64,000 nt of DNA, taken from assembly GCA_973895155.1 (NCBI GenBank), contig OZ316899.1, positions 3,183,455 through 3,247,454 on the forward strand, read 5' to 3'. The notes below the pieces were generated by a model. The model was not told where the DNA came from. It ran no database searches and was given only the letters and a program-made list of their open reading frames with translations. Shown here piece by piece: positions 51,430-62,989 of this stretch; position 1 is the first letter of the stretch; each line of letters begins with the position of its first letter. This stretch comes from Marsupella aquatica. Its lineage: Eukaryota; Plantae; Marchantiophyta. Both the position numbers and the translations under genes were made by a program.

Positions 51430-52216
51430 GTGACTCTTTCACCATTGGATACCACTCCTATTGCTTGGCAGTATCCATCGAAGGGTATTTGCTTGTTGGA
51501 TCTTTTTGGTGGGATTAGCACTGGATTGGCTGCTGTTCTTCAGGCAGGAATTCTTGTGTGTTGTTATTTGTATGTGGAGACAGATGAGACAACACAGAGG
51601 GTCTCATTGCGATATGTGGCTATGTTGGTGGATAGATATCCACAGTTTCTGCCAGTGGATGTTATTCGTGGTTATCAACATGCACTACCTGCTCATATTT
51701 CATTGTTGGGGGCAAATCATCTGCATCGTGTTGGCCCCATTGATTTAGTGATTGCTGGTTGGCCATGTGAGGGCCAATCTAGAGCTGGCGTTGGGCATGG
51801 ACTTCATGATCCACGCTCTGCATTGTTTTGGGAGATGTTATGGGTGCTGCATCATCTCCAGCTACAGCAGACAGTCTCCAGCATACATTTTGAAGAATGT
51901 GCCATTGTTAGGTGATGATCGTAGTCGGATTGTTGCCAGTGTTCACCAGGTGAGGTCTTGGATTGGACCTGATATGTTATTGGATGCTGCACGTGTGGGT
52001 TCTCGTGCACATCGTCCACGCTTGTGGTGGACTAATTTGATCCCATGTGAGGTGTTGAAGCGCGCATTTGATAGCATTCCACGCTAACCAGCCTTAGTGG
52101 TGGATGATATTTTGGATTCAGGGCGTCGTGCATAGAGTGTGACCCAACCTGATAGACCTCCATTGGCAAATGCAGTTGGGCGCCCACGTTGTGCATTACC
52201 CACTCTTGTAAGCCAC
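51430..52216 (+). pseudogene. Retrotransposon-encoded C5 cytosine DNA methyltransferase domain (DNMT3-like), motifs I-VIII
   Basis: Motif I LLDLFGGISTG; motif II YLYVE; motif IV DLVIAGWPCEGQSRAG with the catalytic PC; LFWEM; motif VI YILKNV (ENV decayed); motif VIII AHRPRLWWTNL. Frameshift near 51865; motifs IX-X cut off by the insertion at 52217. Confidence 0.9.
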
Positions 52217-54825
52217 TGTGATGCCTAGCCAGGAATCACTAGGCCAATTTAAATGGTAAAATCAGGAGTGTACCCTGGAAACACATTAGTATAGTAACAA
52301 AAACAAGGAAAATATAAACAATTAAGGGTGACTATGGAACCCGAGCCGAGGCCGGAAGTAAGGACGTCGAGAGAGGGAACATGATTAGGGTTAGGGCGCG
52401 CTAAGTACCAGCGGCTATGGGTAACTAACAGAAAGGAAGACCGGACAGGGGGGTAAGGATTGATTGCAAGGAATGGTGGCTCATTTGCAAGCACGAACTA
52501 AGCAGACGACTACGTGAAGCAACTACTGTCAACTGCTTAGGCAAGCACTTGGGGAGGGAGCAGATACCAACTATCAATTCAAGGAAGGGTAGGAGCAACG
52601 TCAATCAGGCTGCTCATTTTTGGGGATGCCTGTTAGAATGGGCAACTGAGTACATTGGGACCTACAAGGACAAAGAATCGGAGAGAGCCGCCCGAGATCG
52701 ATAGGAGCTTGCTCGAGATTGACAGGAGCTTGCTTGACTATGGGAGCTGCAGAAGTCTGCCTTCTTAGGAGGAGAACTCATCACAGCTGAATTCCTGTGG
52801 ACACCTACTAGCGATGAACTTGATGATCTTCTCTTTTGTGAGAACAAAATAGTCGGCATCCGGGAAGCCATCAACTGCTGTAACGACATACACTGGGAGT
52901 TGAAGGGTAGCACGGAGGGGTGGACAAAGGCAACCGTGCTAGGAGAAACATCCACGGCAACAACTATGAAGAGGAAAGGGAACGTCAACGAAGTGACCAC
53001 CCCCGCAAAGAGAACGAGGGTGGCGGCACCAAGGAAGCCATCTGAGCAAGGGAGCAAGAGGCAGGACAAAGTCGAAGAAGAGGAGGTCGACCCCATCAAT
53101 GTTGTTCCGACAAGAGATGACACCTGGAAAGGCTGGACGGCGACCCTCCCCGAGGAAGTGCAATTACACTTTGCACGTGAAGAGGATGCATGCTTTACGG
53201 CTATGCAGACTCGGAAGTACCAGGGCTTCATGGCCGGATCCGGCTTGGAAGCTTTCATGAAATTACCATGGTTGAAGCCGGAGGTGCCAGATTCAGACTT
53301 ATTAGAATTTGTGGGATCATGGGAACCTGAGACCAATTCTGCAAGGGTGTATGGGAAGGATTTCTATCTCACTCCCCGGGTGATTGTCAAAGTGTTTGGC
53401 TTGCCGATGGGCAATAAGACCAAAGTAGATACCCGGAAGACCTTGCCAGACAAGGAGTTCCAATTGTTCCCAGGGCCATCAACGAAGAATGGCTTCTTTC
53501 GGAACACCTACACCAACCCGCACATAGGAGAGATCATCGATTTCTTGCGGGTAACCATGCATTGCAACTTGTCGAGGCCAGAGATTGGCAAGGCACAAGT
53601 CTACCTAGCGGAAAGGCCAGACCCAAGCCGGGACTACAACGGGTACCTCCTCACCCAACTGAAGAAGATCTTGAAGGAGGAACAGCAGGCGATCGGCATG
53701 GGAAGCGTGTCTCGGCTTGGCTATCACATGTCGCTGTTGTGCCGGTATGCCTGAAGTCAGATCTTTGCCCCGATACTTCCACTACAAGGGCACCAGAGGA
53801 GGTTCCGGAACAGAGGCCGGCAACAGAGAAACCAAACCAGCCCGACAATCCTACAATCGAGCAGGTGTTTAGGCCGAGGACAGAGGACTTGCCAATGCAG
53901 CAACCAGGCATGCAGAATCCGCTGAAATTGCTGGAGAAGGAAAAGAGAACGGCAATGGCAACGGCACAGGTACAGGACACTCCTTCAGAGGTCGGCCTAA
54001 GCCGACTCATGAAGGAAAACCCCTTTACCGGAGCCAAGGTAAGAAGGAGGCCAGAACACAAGCCGGGGGTTTGAATGTATGTAGGAGCCTCGAGTCCTAT
54101 AGTCGAGGGAAGGTAGCCTAAGGCTCCTGTTCAGGGGAAACCGAGGGAGAAGACAGCTTGGAAGCCAGAGGAGGAACTAGGACCTGCTAGCTATGATCGG
54201 CAGGAGGCCATGTTCACGGCAAGACCAGGAGAGCAGCGGGGGGAGCCGGTAGTCCAAGCAGTGGAGGAGGCGGTGGAGGACTACGGCAATGATGACTCCG
54301 GCTACAGGTCGGACCATCATGTCCCAGGAATAAGGACCTGTGGCCGCTTCATCCCCACGCTTCCAAGAGTAGTTCGAGGGGACCCCACCCAGCAGAACAG
54401 CCCCGCGCGAGTCCCCCCCGCCAGATGTTGCTCCCCCGAGCTTTGACGACATAAAACAGACGGCACAAGAGTTTTAGGAGCGACTCAGGGAGGAAGAGAG
54501 GGCAGCCCTGGCTAGGGAGAAAGATTTACCAGGGGGAGAATGGCCAGAGGACATCAGGCAGCTTGCAGAAAAACGAAGCAACCCTCCAGCCATGATAGAA
54601 GAAATCCGCAAGGCGGCTTGGGAACAAAGGCCGCGGTGGTTGATGCCAATGACTTCTACTCACTCCACCTATGCTAAAGAAAGAGCCATGGAGTACGGGG
54701 AGATGTGTGGGGAACTTGCGCTCAGCATCTTTGGGGAGGAGTTGGAGTAGGGACCTTTTTTCCAGAGGGAGATGTTGGAAAAACGCCGATTAGAAGAAGC
54801 GGTGGCTTTGGAGAGAAGAAAGAAA
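52217..54825 (+). mobile_element. Family-A element copy 2
   Basis: Starts TGTGATGCCTAGCCAGGAATCACTAGGCC as at 18286; ORF 52900..53754 and flanking frames. Homology to the other copies is lost near 54825. Confidence 0.85.
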
Positions 54826-57798
54826 GACGAAAATTTTGGAAATGCTACATGGAGCTTCAATCTTTGCCTGTGCCTCGCGAAGAAGAATTGGCACTCCTGA
54901 AGAACAAACTTTGCCTCGTTAAAATTGCTATCATGGATGAGTACTCTCTGGGAGCTGTCCAGGATTTTTCCTTCACAGATAATTGCGTTCGCGAGCTGGA
55001 GCTTGAAGATGCACACTACTACCGGTGTGAGTATTGGGTAATACCGAAAACCTGAAATTACTGAAAAATTTAAACTTTTTACAGTGTTTAAGCCTACTGT
55101 TGCTGTTAAAATGCCAAGTGTAAACTACGGGTATACTTTATAACGGGATTACACATTTACGTGTATAAGCGTTACGCGTTTATGGGTTTACGGGTTTACG
55201 CAGTTTTTAAGTTACGCCAATACAGGTTACGGCCTACACCTTACGCGTTTAAGGAAAGTGTACGTTACGGCGCTACGGCTAACTTTGCAACGGGACTTAG
55301 AAACGGATTGGGGACTTCATACCTTGATAGGAATCAAGCAGAGAGTTCAGGCGCTCACTCCTGTATTTTCACCACTCCTATTCACTTGCTCTTTCTCTTC
55401 GAAATCAACCTTTGCAGCACGCAAATCACCGTCGCAGCTATGGCAAACCTGGGTGCTGAGGAACAGTATCAAATTGAAGCTCTAGCAGTCTCAAAAGTAG
55501 TGGCAGCTCGTATACCACGAGCGCCTGATAGTCTTTCTAATCTACAAGACTCTTTACAGCACTTAGGATTGGAGCGCTTGCTCAGGATCCCCTGGAATGT
55601 CGAGCTCGACTCCTACTTGCAGGATTTTGTGAAGGGGACTATCATCCCGATTGAATTCAGGTGAACGATGCAAGCTCACCCCAGCCTGTGGACTGTTGAG
55701 CAAATTGCTTACGCTTTTGGATGCCCGTCAGAAGGAGAGGCGTTATATTCCAAGAAGCAGGACTTATCTACTCCATACTTCTCAGGAACTTGAAATGCCA
55801 AGAATGGTTGGAACTTGTCCCAGTGTACTTATCCTGAATTGAGAGTGCTCATGGAATTTCTGGTACCCATTCTTCATCCAAAAAAGCCAACTCTCTGTCC
55901 TGTGGCCTTGGCTAACACCATTGTAGCTGCTCACAATGGAGCTATAAAAGTAAATTGGGCCCTACTTCTGTTTAATGTAATGAAGGATCAAGTAAGGAGC
56001 TTGGAAGCAGGGAGGACCACTTGCTTACAAAATTATCTCTCTCAGCTCTATTATACCCATGACTGTTTATATCTGGAGGAAGAGACAGAGAGGGGGTTAC
56101 TCCTGATTGACTTGGGTATTGAAGAAGAAATTCCTATGGAGGACATTGTACATGTCACCCCATTGAATTCGAATGATCAGAACGTTGCGGAGAATGCTGA
56201 TGTTCCTATGGAGGATGCTTCATTAGAAGTTCCTACACATTCTCCTATGCATAGCAGGGAAGTTGTTTGCCAATCAATAAGTAATGAGAATTTCCCTAGC
56301 CGGACTATGGATGCAGATCCACTAGAAGCTGAAGAAGTAAGGAGCATTCATCAACAAGACGATGTTGCTACACCAACTGATGCTACTCCTCATGAGACCA
56401 CCAGGTCCACTCCTTCGAAGGCAGAGTCGAATCAGCAGCTTATTGATAAGTTGACATCTCTCCTCAGTTGCAATGATGATGGACTATATGATGCTGTTAA
56501 TAATTTGAGAATGGAGGCTGTTAGTTTGAGATCACCATTTCATGACCAGCTAAGTCCTGTCAGAATGACCTCTTCCCCAAGAGAACCAGCACCAATGGAG
56601 TTTGTGAATAGTACTCCTGTCACTGTACAGCCCCCTCCCCTAGAAACATGTGAACCTGTTCCACTAGCAGATAGTACCAGCTGTGTGACCATTGTGGATG
56701 ACTTGTTAGAAATACTACAGTGTGAACCTCGACAGATAGCATCTGTGGTCCACAACTTGATCCAACAATGTCCAACTACTAGTCCTACTCCTAGCCCAGG
56801 TTCGCAACCTTACAGCCCTGATTCCAACTACGAACCCACAGAAGGACCCACCTACAATCGGTCACAATATGAGCACCCTTACGACAGAGAAGATCTACCT
56901 GAAGACTCTGATCCACCCTCAAATGGTGAAACTTATAGATCTTATGATAATTCTCTTGAGTCATCCCCAAGGCAAGGATTTGAAGATGTTGATACTGCCT
57001 TAAGATCCAATCCAAACTTAGTAGTAGTTGTCACCTCATCTACTCAAACACCTCGGAATGCCACCATCGAGAGTAGATACCCGAGACATCCAGAGTCCCA
57101 AGTGCACAGGTATGTGGAGACCTGTAAGATAATGCAAGCCAACAGACCACCGGTTGGAGAGTTTTGGAAATACTACTATCTCAAGAAGACAAAGGCCAGT
57201 TATATCTTCGACCTCAGGTGTTTTGGAACTTCCAGACTGGAGATGGCACAATTCGATGAGTTCTGGACTGACTCTCTCTATTTCCGACCCATTCTTGCTG
57301 TGATGCTACTTCAGGGTGATGTAGAGGTGGAGGATCCAGATTTAGTTCTGGCATATTTTGGAAATTTGGCAGCTTATGCCCTAGATTTTGTGGTTTCTTT
57401 TCTCATGTAGAGTAAGAAATCTACTTCTCCCTAGAACGCTGTGACGCTGCCGGTACGGCAAGTAATGAGTAATTCGGTCTAAACCGTGCCTAGCACGCGC
57501 GTTAGGGGTATCTTAGGCCGCTATGATTAGCATAACGATAGTATTTAGGTAGCCATTATGAGTAGGAAATCATTAGTCAATAAGGGGAATTCATGTTCGG
57601 GCTGGCGGCGGGTCGCCATTCGCACGCCCGGGTTACGAGCGTGGAGGGGCCCCTCACTCGGGTCCGTATAACGAACTTTGGGAGGCGTCCATTGACACGC
57701 GGTGACTCAGACCGGCGGAGTGGCCGGTACACTACAAACGTGAACGGTTCAGCCTATAGGCAACGAGGAGATGTCGGGGGATCGACAAGCCCTCAAGG

Positions 57799-57807
57799 TA
57801 TAAAAAG
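57799..57807 (+). promoter_or_regulatory. TATA box of the family-B element
   Basis: TATAAAAAG about 100 bp upstream of ATG 57907; conserved in copy 1 (TATAAAAGG on minus, near 50610). Confidence 0.65.
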
Positions 57808-57906
57808 GGAGCGGACCCTTTGGAGTGCACCAGTCCATCAGTCCACGCGCCAGCTTCGACCCCAACTCTCTCGTTTGCTCTAAGTCGCCACTACTATCTC
57901 CTCTGA

Positions 57907-60560
57907 ATGTCACACACGATCCTCTCCAGTTCGGCCATTTGATTCTGGACGCAGTTCCTATCTACCGGAAGACACTTGGCCGACTCATTGAAACACGCCA
58001 ACCCGCGCCGATACAAAATCGAACGCGAGTACGAGAGAGCCATCCGCCTAGTAGGACGACACCACTACATCTTTAACTTTGACTACCCGTCTCAGAGCAA
58101 GCTTTACCGACCAGCAGAGGTATCTGGGTACTTCTTCAACGGAGACAAATATATCGGTTTCTGGGAAGCATTGCTTTGGCTTCCGGACGAGATCTTCAAT
58201 ATCCCGGGTACGATCGACTTGCAATGACATCACTTCGACCACATCCCTGCTCAGGTTCGGGCTATCATCAACAGTGAGTCCAACACTACCCGTTCGACAA
58301 GGTCTTCTGCACTTGCTTCGGAGAACTTCTACCAGCACCTGCAGAGCTTCATTGGAACTAGACCCGCAACCACCGGCGCCAGCCCAGTGGACCCCATACC
58401 CGTACCCGTACCAACGCAGACTCAGGCTCATGCTCAGCTTCAGGCTCAGCTTCAGTCTCAGCCTCAGCCTAGCCAACCACCGCCGATCGCCCCGCCAATA
58501 GTACAAGTACGCTCCGTCATCAACGCTGTGGACCTTAGCGACGACGACGAGGCTACCCCACCCTTGCTCAGGCGGCCCAGAGGAGCAAACACTCAGGGGG
58601 CCGACACTACATCGTCCCCTCCCCATGCTCGGACCCAAGGAGCGGCTCCAGCAGACAACACGGTGACCGTGGCCGCCCCGGGACCAATACTAACGGCGGT
58701 AGCACTACCTATGCCCGATCGAGAGGATGGGGAGGTGTCACCTTCCCCGAGCCAGTCACGGGGGAAGAAGAGGAAGGAACCCGCCACTGCATCCGGGTTA
58801 CCATTGGCCACGGTAGCCGTGGCCAAGGTGACAATGCACCGCATGGGGGGAAACGTGCATAAGAACATCCTCCATCCCAAGCATGCGGTGTACCTGAAGA
58901 CTCAGGGATTCGAGCACCTCGCCGCTCTGCCTTGGAACACTTGCAGGTACTACGGGGAGGACATGACAGAATTTGTCAAGAATTATGATGACGCACGTCA
59001 GCATACTCGGCTGCGGGGAAGGAATATGTCCCTCACGGAAGAACGGCTCAAGATGATCTTCGGATTACCCGAAGGTGACCATCGAGTCGAATCACGGGCT
59101 CCCGGGGGCAAGGGAGCCAAGTACCAATCCTTGAGTTTTCCCTCAGAAGGAGCAGTGGACAACGGGTTCGTGATGAGGACCTGCCTCATCCCCGAGATAG
59201 CTGAGCGACTGGAGTTCCAAAGGTACGCCCTCCACATGATGGAGCCCCAGGGGGAGATCTCCGCCGCCCAGGTTATCCAGGTCGAGAACTATCGACCTAG
59301 GAAGTGGGCGTCGTATTTCGCTAAGAAATTCCATGAAAAGATGGAGCGGCGAAGGAAGACGCTGTACATTGGCGGGAAGGCGTATTTTGCTAGCCACATC
59401 GAGATCATTCTTGAGTGGTACGCTTGGTTTGATCGACGAACCCTTCCCCGTGTCAACGTTACAAAGCTGGTCCCAGCTAGGTGGGTTTTTCCGGCCTTGG
59501 AGAGACGGCCCCAACCCGAGGCCCGAAGTCCAGCGGACACGCAAGCTTCACCCACCCCACCTCCACAAGTAGCTGTAGTTGTAACCAAGGAGGTACCGGA
59601 TGGGTCGGTTATCGCAACCGTTGATGCGATCCAACAGGCCGGACTAAGTATAGAAGTCGGTACAGCGGAGGTCTTACTCGAGCCCGGGTCTCCAAAAGAC
59701 CCACCGGTGGCTATTTCGGAGAACCAGACATTGCTGCAGGAGGACACTCCAGCCCCTTCCAACATTACGTCCCCAGGGCTGGATGTCACTGCCCCGGCCC
59801 CCGCTCGTGTTGACGTCTGCCCGTGCCCAACTCCGGATAGGCACAACCTGGACCACCCAGAACTCTTCGTACGGGGTACATTTCTGAACGGGCTTCTGGG
59901 AGATTTCTCTCATCAAATTGCCCGGGATACCGGGGAGTTCATGGCCCAGAAGGTAGCCCGTTTCTTTCAATCAGGAGTTAGTTGCCGCAGTAAAGGTAGG
60001 TCGGGCCCAGTCAGAGGCCCTTCAGAGGATAGAGCGGTATCGGGTGGAGTCCGTATACTTAAAGAACAAAGTTGCAGCTCAAGAGGCTGAGCTTCTGCAA
60101 CTACAACCCAAAGTTGCAGCCGCCGATGATTTGTTAGCAAAGGCGCACGCCCTTACCGCCCTAGCCGAGCAGGCGAAAGCTGGGAACGAGGCCGAGATTG
60201 CACGACTCCGGAACCAGATTGACAGTTTGAAGAATCAAACTGTCATCTGGCAGAAGGACCTGGAGGAGGCCAAAGAACGGGCCCAGTGGGACATTGCGGA
60301 GATAGCCACGCTACAGGCCGAAGTGGCACGGCTCCAAACCGAAGCCGAGAAGCAGGACCAGCTGGCGGGCAAGCTGACGAGCGACGCCTAGCAGCTGGAG
60401 GAGGCATGCCAGGAGGCAGCGGAGGAGACGGACGCGGCGAAGCGAGAGAATGAATCTTTGCTGGACCAGGTCCAGCTCCTCAAGGCAGACAACGACACAC
60501 TTCGTAAGCAGCGGGATGTCCGCTCCCACTCGGGCGGCTCTAGCAAGCGTGCCAGGCATG
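57907..60560 (+). pseudogene. Family-B single ORF (~880 aa): N-terminal domain, Pro-rich linker, conserved plant-TE domain, C-terminal coiled coil
   Basis: Starts MSHTILSSSA. Track ORFs 57976..58227 and 58387..60090 share a frame and are separated by TGA stops that are CGA/CGG in copy 1. A 1-bp insertion near 59965 shifts the frame into the coiled coil (60044..). Confidence 0.8.
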
Positions 60561-62989
60561 AACGGCGGAGTAGGAATAGAATAGGGTTAGGAGTAGCTAA
60601 GTCAGGCTATTGGGACAGGCACCTGCCTTAGTTACAGTAGCACTGCCATGCTGTCCAGCCTGCGTAGATTAGGATCTTCTAATAAGACAGCCATTTTTTG
60701 GCCTGACAGTCAGATTGGTTAGGACCTAAGTCAGCGAATCTTCAGGCGGGAGGACACTCCGTTCCCCGCCCCTTAGTATTTAGTGCACCCCTTGGTAGAG
60801 GCAAGGGGGGGTTTTTAGTCTCAGAGTTGGACATCCGTGGTATGCGCGGGGAGTCCCGACCTCTGGGAGTGAAAGAGTACCAAGGGGAGGGGGTAGGACT
60901 AAGCTCGTCGGGCGAGTGCGGAGCCCGGCTCCATTGTAGTATACTCTCTCGGCCTTGAACCTGTTCATTCCGGAGCTGTCGGGTCAACCAAGTGTACGCA
61001 CATGTCCCCTATGTAGTAAAATCCTTTCCCATTATTTCATTCGTGTAAATTGAGATTGTATGCTTGTACGCGTGTATGTGTGTGTGAATCTAGTGTATAG
61101 GTGGCAACGCCGGGCCGAACGCACTACCCAAGTCGTGCACGGGGTGCAGCTTGCGGGTATGTGGTTGCGAGCACGGGTTGAGGACCTGTATCATTGAATC
61201 CGGATCGAAGGCGGACAACACGAAGGCTTAGAAGTCCTTAAGCCGGGGTCGATCCTGTTATTGACTAAGGTACGTTCCGGCGGCGGAACATAAACCATAC
61301 CTAGGAGATGTCTGTATCTAATAGTAGGCGCACTTAGTGCTAGTTTACGTGAATTAGGTGCATTACGCGCTTCCCTCCCTGCCCAAACCCTCATATTTAC
61401 GAAGGAGGTGCCCGTTTAAAGCTGAAGCCCGAGTTAAGGCCAAGGCTGATGACGTGACAAACGCTTACCTTCCTCGAGAGCCCAAGGTTACCCTTGTTTC
61501 AACCAGCTCATTTGCCGAGAAACAGAGGATCTGGAACAATGTCACCTCTCAAACTCTGGCCAACTTCAACCGGTATTTCAGAGATGTCAAATGGAGGCTT
61601 CACCCTTTCTATTCCAGGATGCTGAACTCTGATGAATTTCTATACCATTATCCCCAAGTATATGCTGCTACTTGCAATAATTATGATGTGATTGGGATAT
61701 ATAGAGAAGCTCTTCGAATAGACATATGTTATCTAAGGAGAAGAATGCCCTTGATGTATCCTGAAAGGCAATTGAGATGCCTACCCTACTCTCGAGGATC
61801 CCCACGCCAGGGTGAACTGATGGAAGTTACTCAAGCTCGGACTGTTACCCTCGTGGAGCTACTCGAACCAGACGACATCCGACAACAAGCTTGAGGCAGA
61901 ATCTAAGTGTTTTAATTAGTTTTAAGAGTAGTACATCTTTCCCTATTTTTCAAAATGTGTTATAGAGCTTTAAAAGCTATGAAACTTATTTAGTGTATAG
62001 TCTGTGCATAGAGAAACTCACTGGTGTTGTAACTCATACCTGAGTTAAGTCTACCTTTGGGATAACTACCTATGTAACTACCCTAACTACTTAGGCTGTA
62101 GCCACATGTACATATTCTACCAGGAATACAGATGGAACAACTTTTTGTCTCATTTATCCCACAACACGTTATCAGCACGTAGCTCTCCACGAGCAATCTT
62201 TTCTTTGAGAGAAAGGCCAGATTTTCATTGAATGTTTATAGATTTGACATAATTGCCCCTCCCAAGAAGCTATGGATGAGAACTTCGCGATTACATTTCT
62301 AATTTTAGGTTTAACAAGGACGTTTGTGATTCCTCCAAATCTCATTGCGGAAGCCATGGACTACTAAAAATAACAATCATCTTGATGTTGACGCTAATGA
62401 TGAGTTCAGGCCGAACCATGACGGACCGATCTCATACGGACATTGAAGATCACTTAAGGAGGCACGAGAGAGAGCGAGAGAAAACGATTAAGCAAGAATT
62501 GAGAAAGAGTCGGTGTGAGAGAAAGCACTGGCAACGAACATTGATAAGGCGCTGACAAAGAGAATCGAAAGTATTAAGGATTGAGGCGAGAAACAATAAG
62601 GATTGAAGGTGAAGAAACCCCTCTGGAAATGACCTTTAAATCTGAGAAGAAACGAAACAAATTCTGATAAGGATAGCAGATAAGGAAAATTAAAGAGGAT
62701 CGGTGCATAAAACGATCGAGAGAGGAGGAAAGGCACAAACAAAACAGAGGATCGAAGGCAACCATTCAAAGACTGAGAGCGCATTCCATAAGGACAACAT
62801 TGAATAGAGACAAGAATTGAAAAGCAGTACCGCAGAACAGAATCCATAAGAAAAGACTGAACCTCACCCCACTGATCGAAGGCGAAAAAAAATTCAAGCA
62901 GCAAAAGCATCGGGAGGCACTGGCAAAGAACCATAAGAGAAATGACGATCAAAAAGCAGAAAGAAGAATTTGATTAGGACATCGCGACC

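Larger units (their letters stand above)
43425..52216 (+). mobile_element. Ty3/gypsy-like retrotransposon with gag-protease-C5 DNA methyltransferase; interrupted by family-B (47038-50979) and truncated by family-A (52217)
   Basis: TGTCACACC start. Gag-like DDFIQEFDTWCDVQ...YQGVRTDKLKGLQEFQR; knuckles CWTCGGDHAQRYC and CDHCGAPRHTKDRC; protease VLLDTSA; then the DNMT domain. The frame is continuous across the family-B insertion. Confidence 0.8.
57440..61459 (+). mobile_element. Family-B element copy 2, 4020 bp, TG...CA, 5-bp TSD AACGC
   Basis: AACGC at 57435-39 and 61460-64; ends TGTGACG.../...CGTGACA; no internal terminal direct repeats. Confidence 0.93.
55440..61894 (+). pseudogene. Family-D TE-type ORF (~810 aa before insertion), split by family-B copy 2
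   Basis: LGLERLLRIPW...FGCPSEG...KNGWNLSQCTYPELRVLMEFLVPILHP. The frame continues after removing 57440-61464 (…NA|YLPREPKV…). Several in-frame stops. Confidence 0.7.

Noticed and set aside
55083-55290. Possible hAT-derived MITE (CAGTGTTT start, many TTACG motifs)
   Set aside because: No convincing matching TIR or 8-bp TSD.
59940-60090. Programmed +1 frameshift between the family-B main ORF and coiled-coil ORF (same net offset in both copies)
   Set aside because: The offsets come from different lesions: a 1-bp insertion in copy 2 versus 10-bp and 1-bp deletions in copy 1. The ancestor was one continuous ORF.
62488-62952. 154-aa hydrophobic ORF resembling a membrane protein
   Set aside because: It is the reverse complement of a purine-rich, low-complexity plus strand; the hydrophobicity is compositional.
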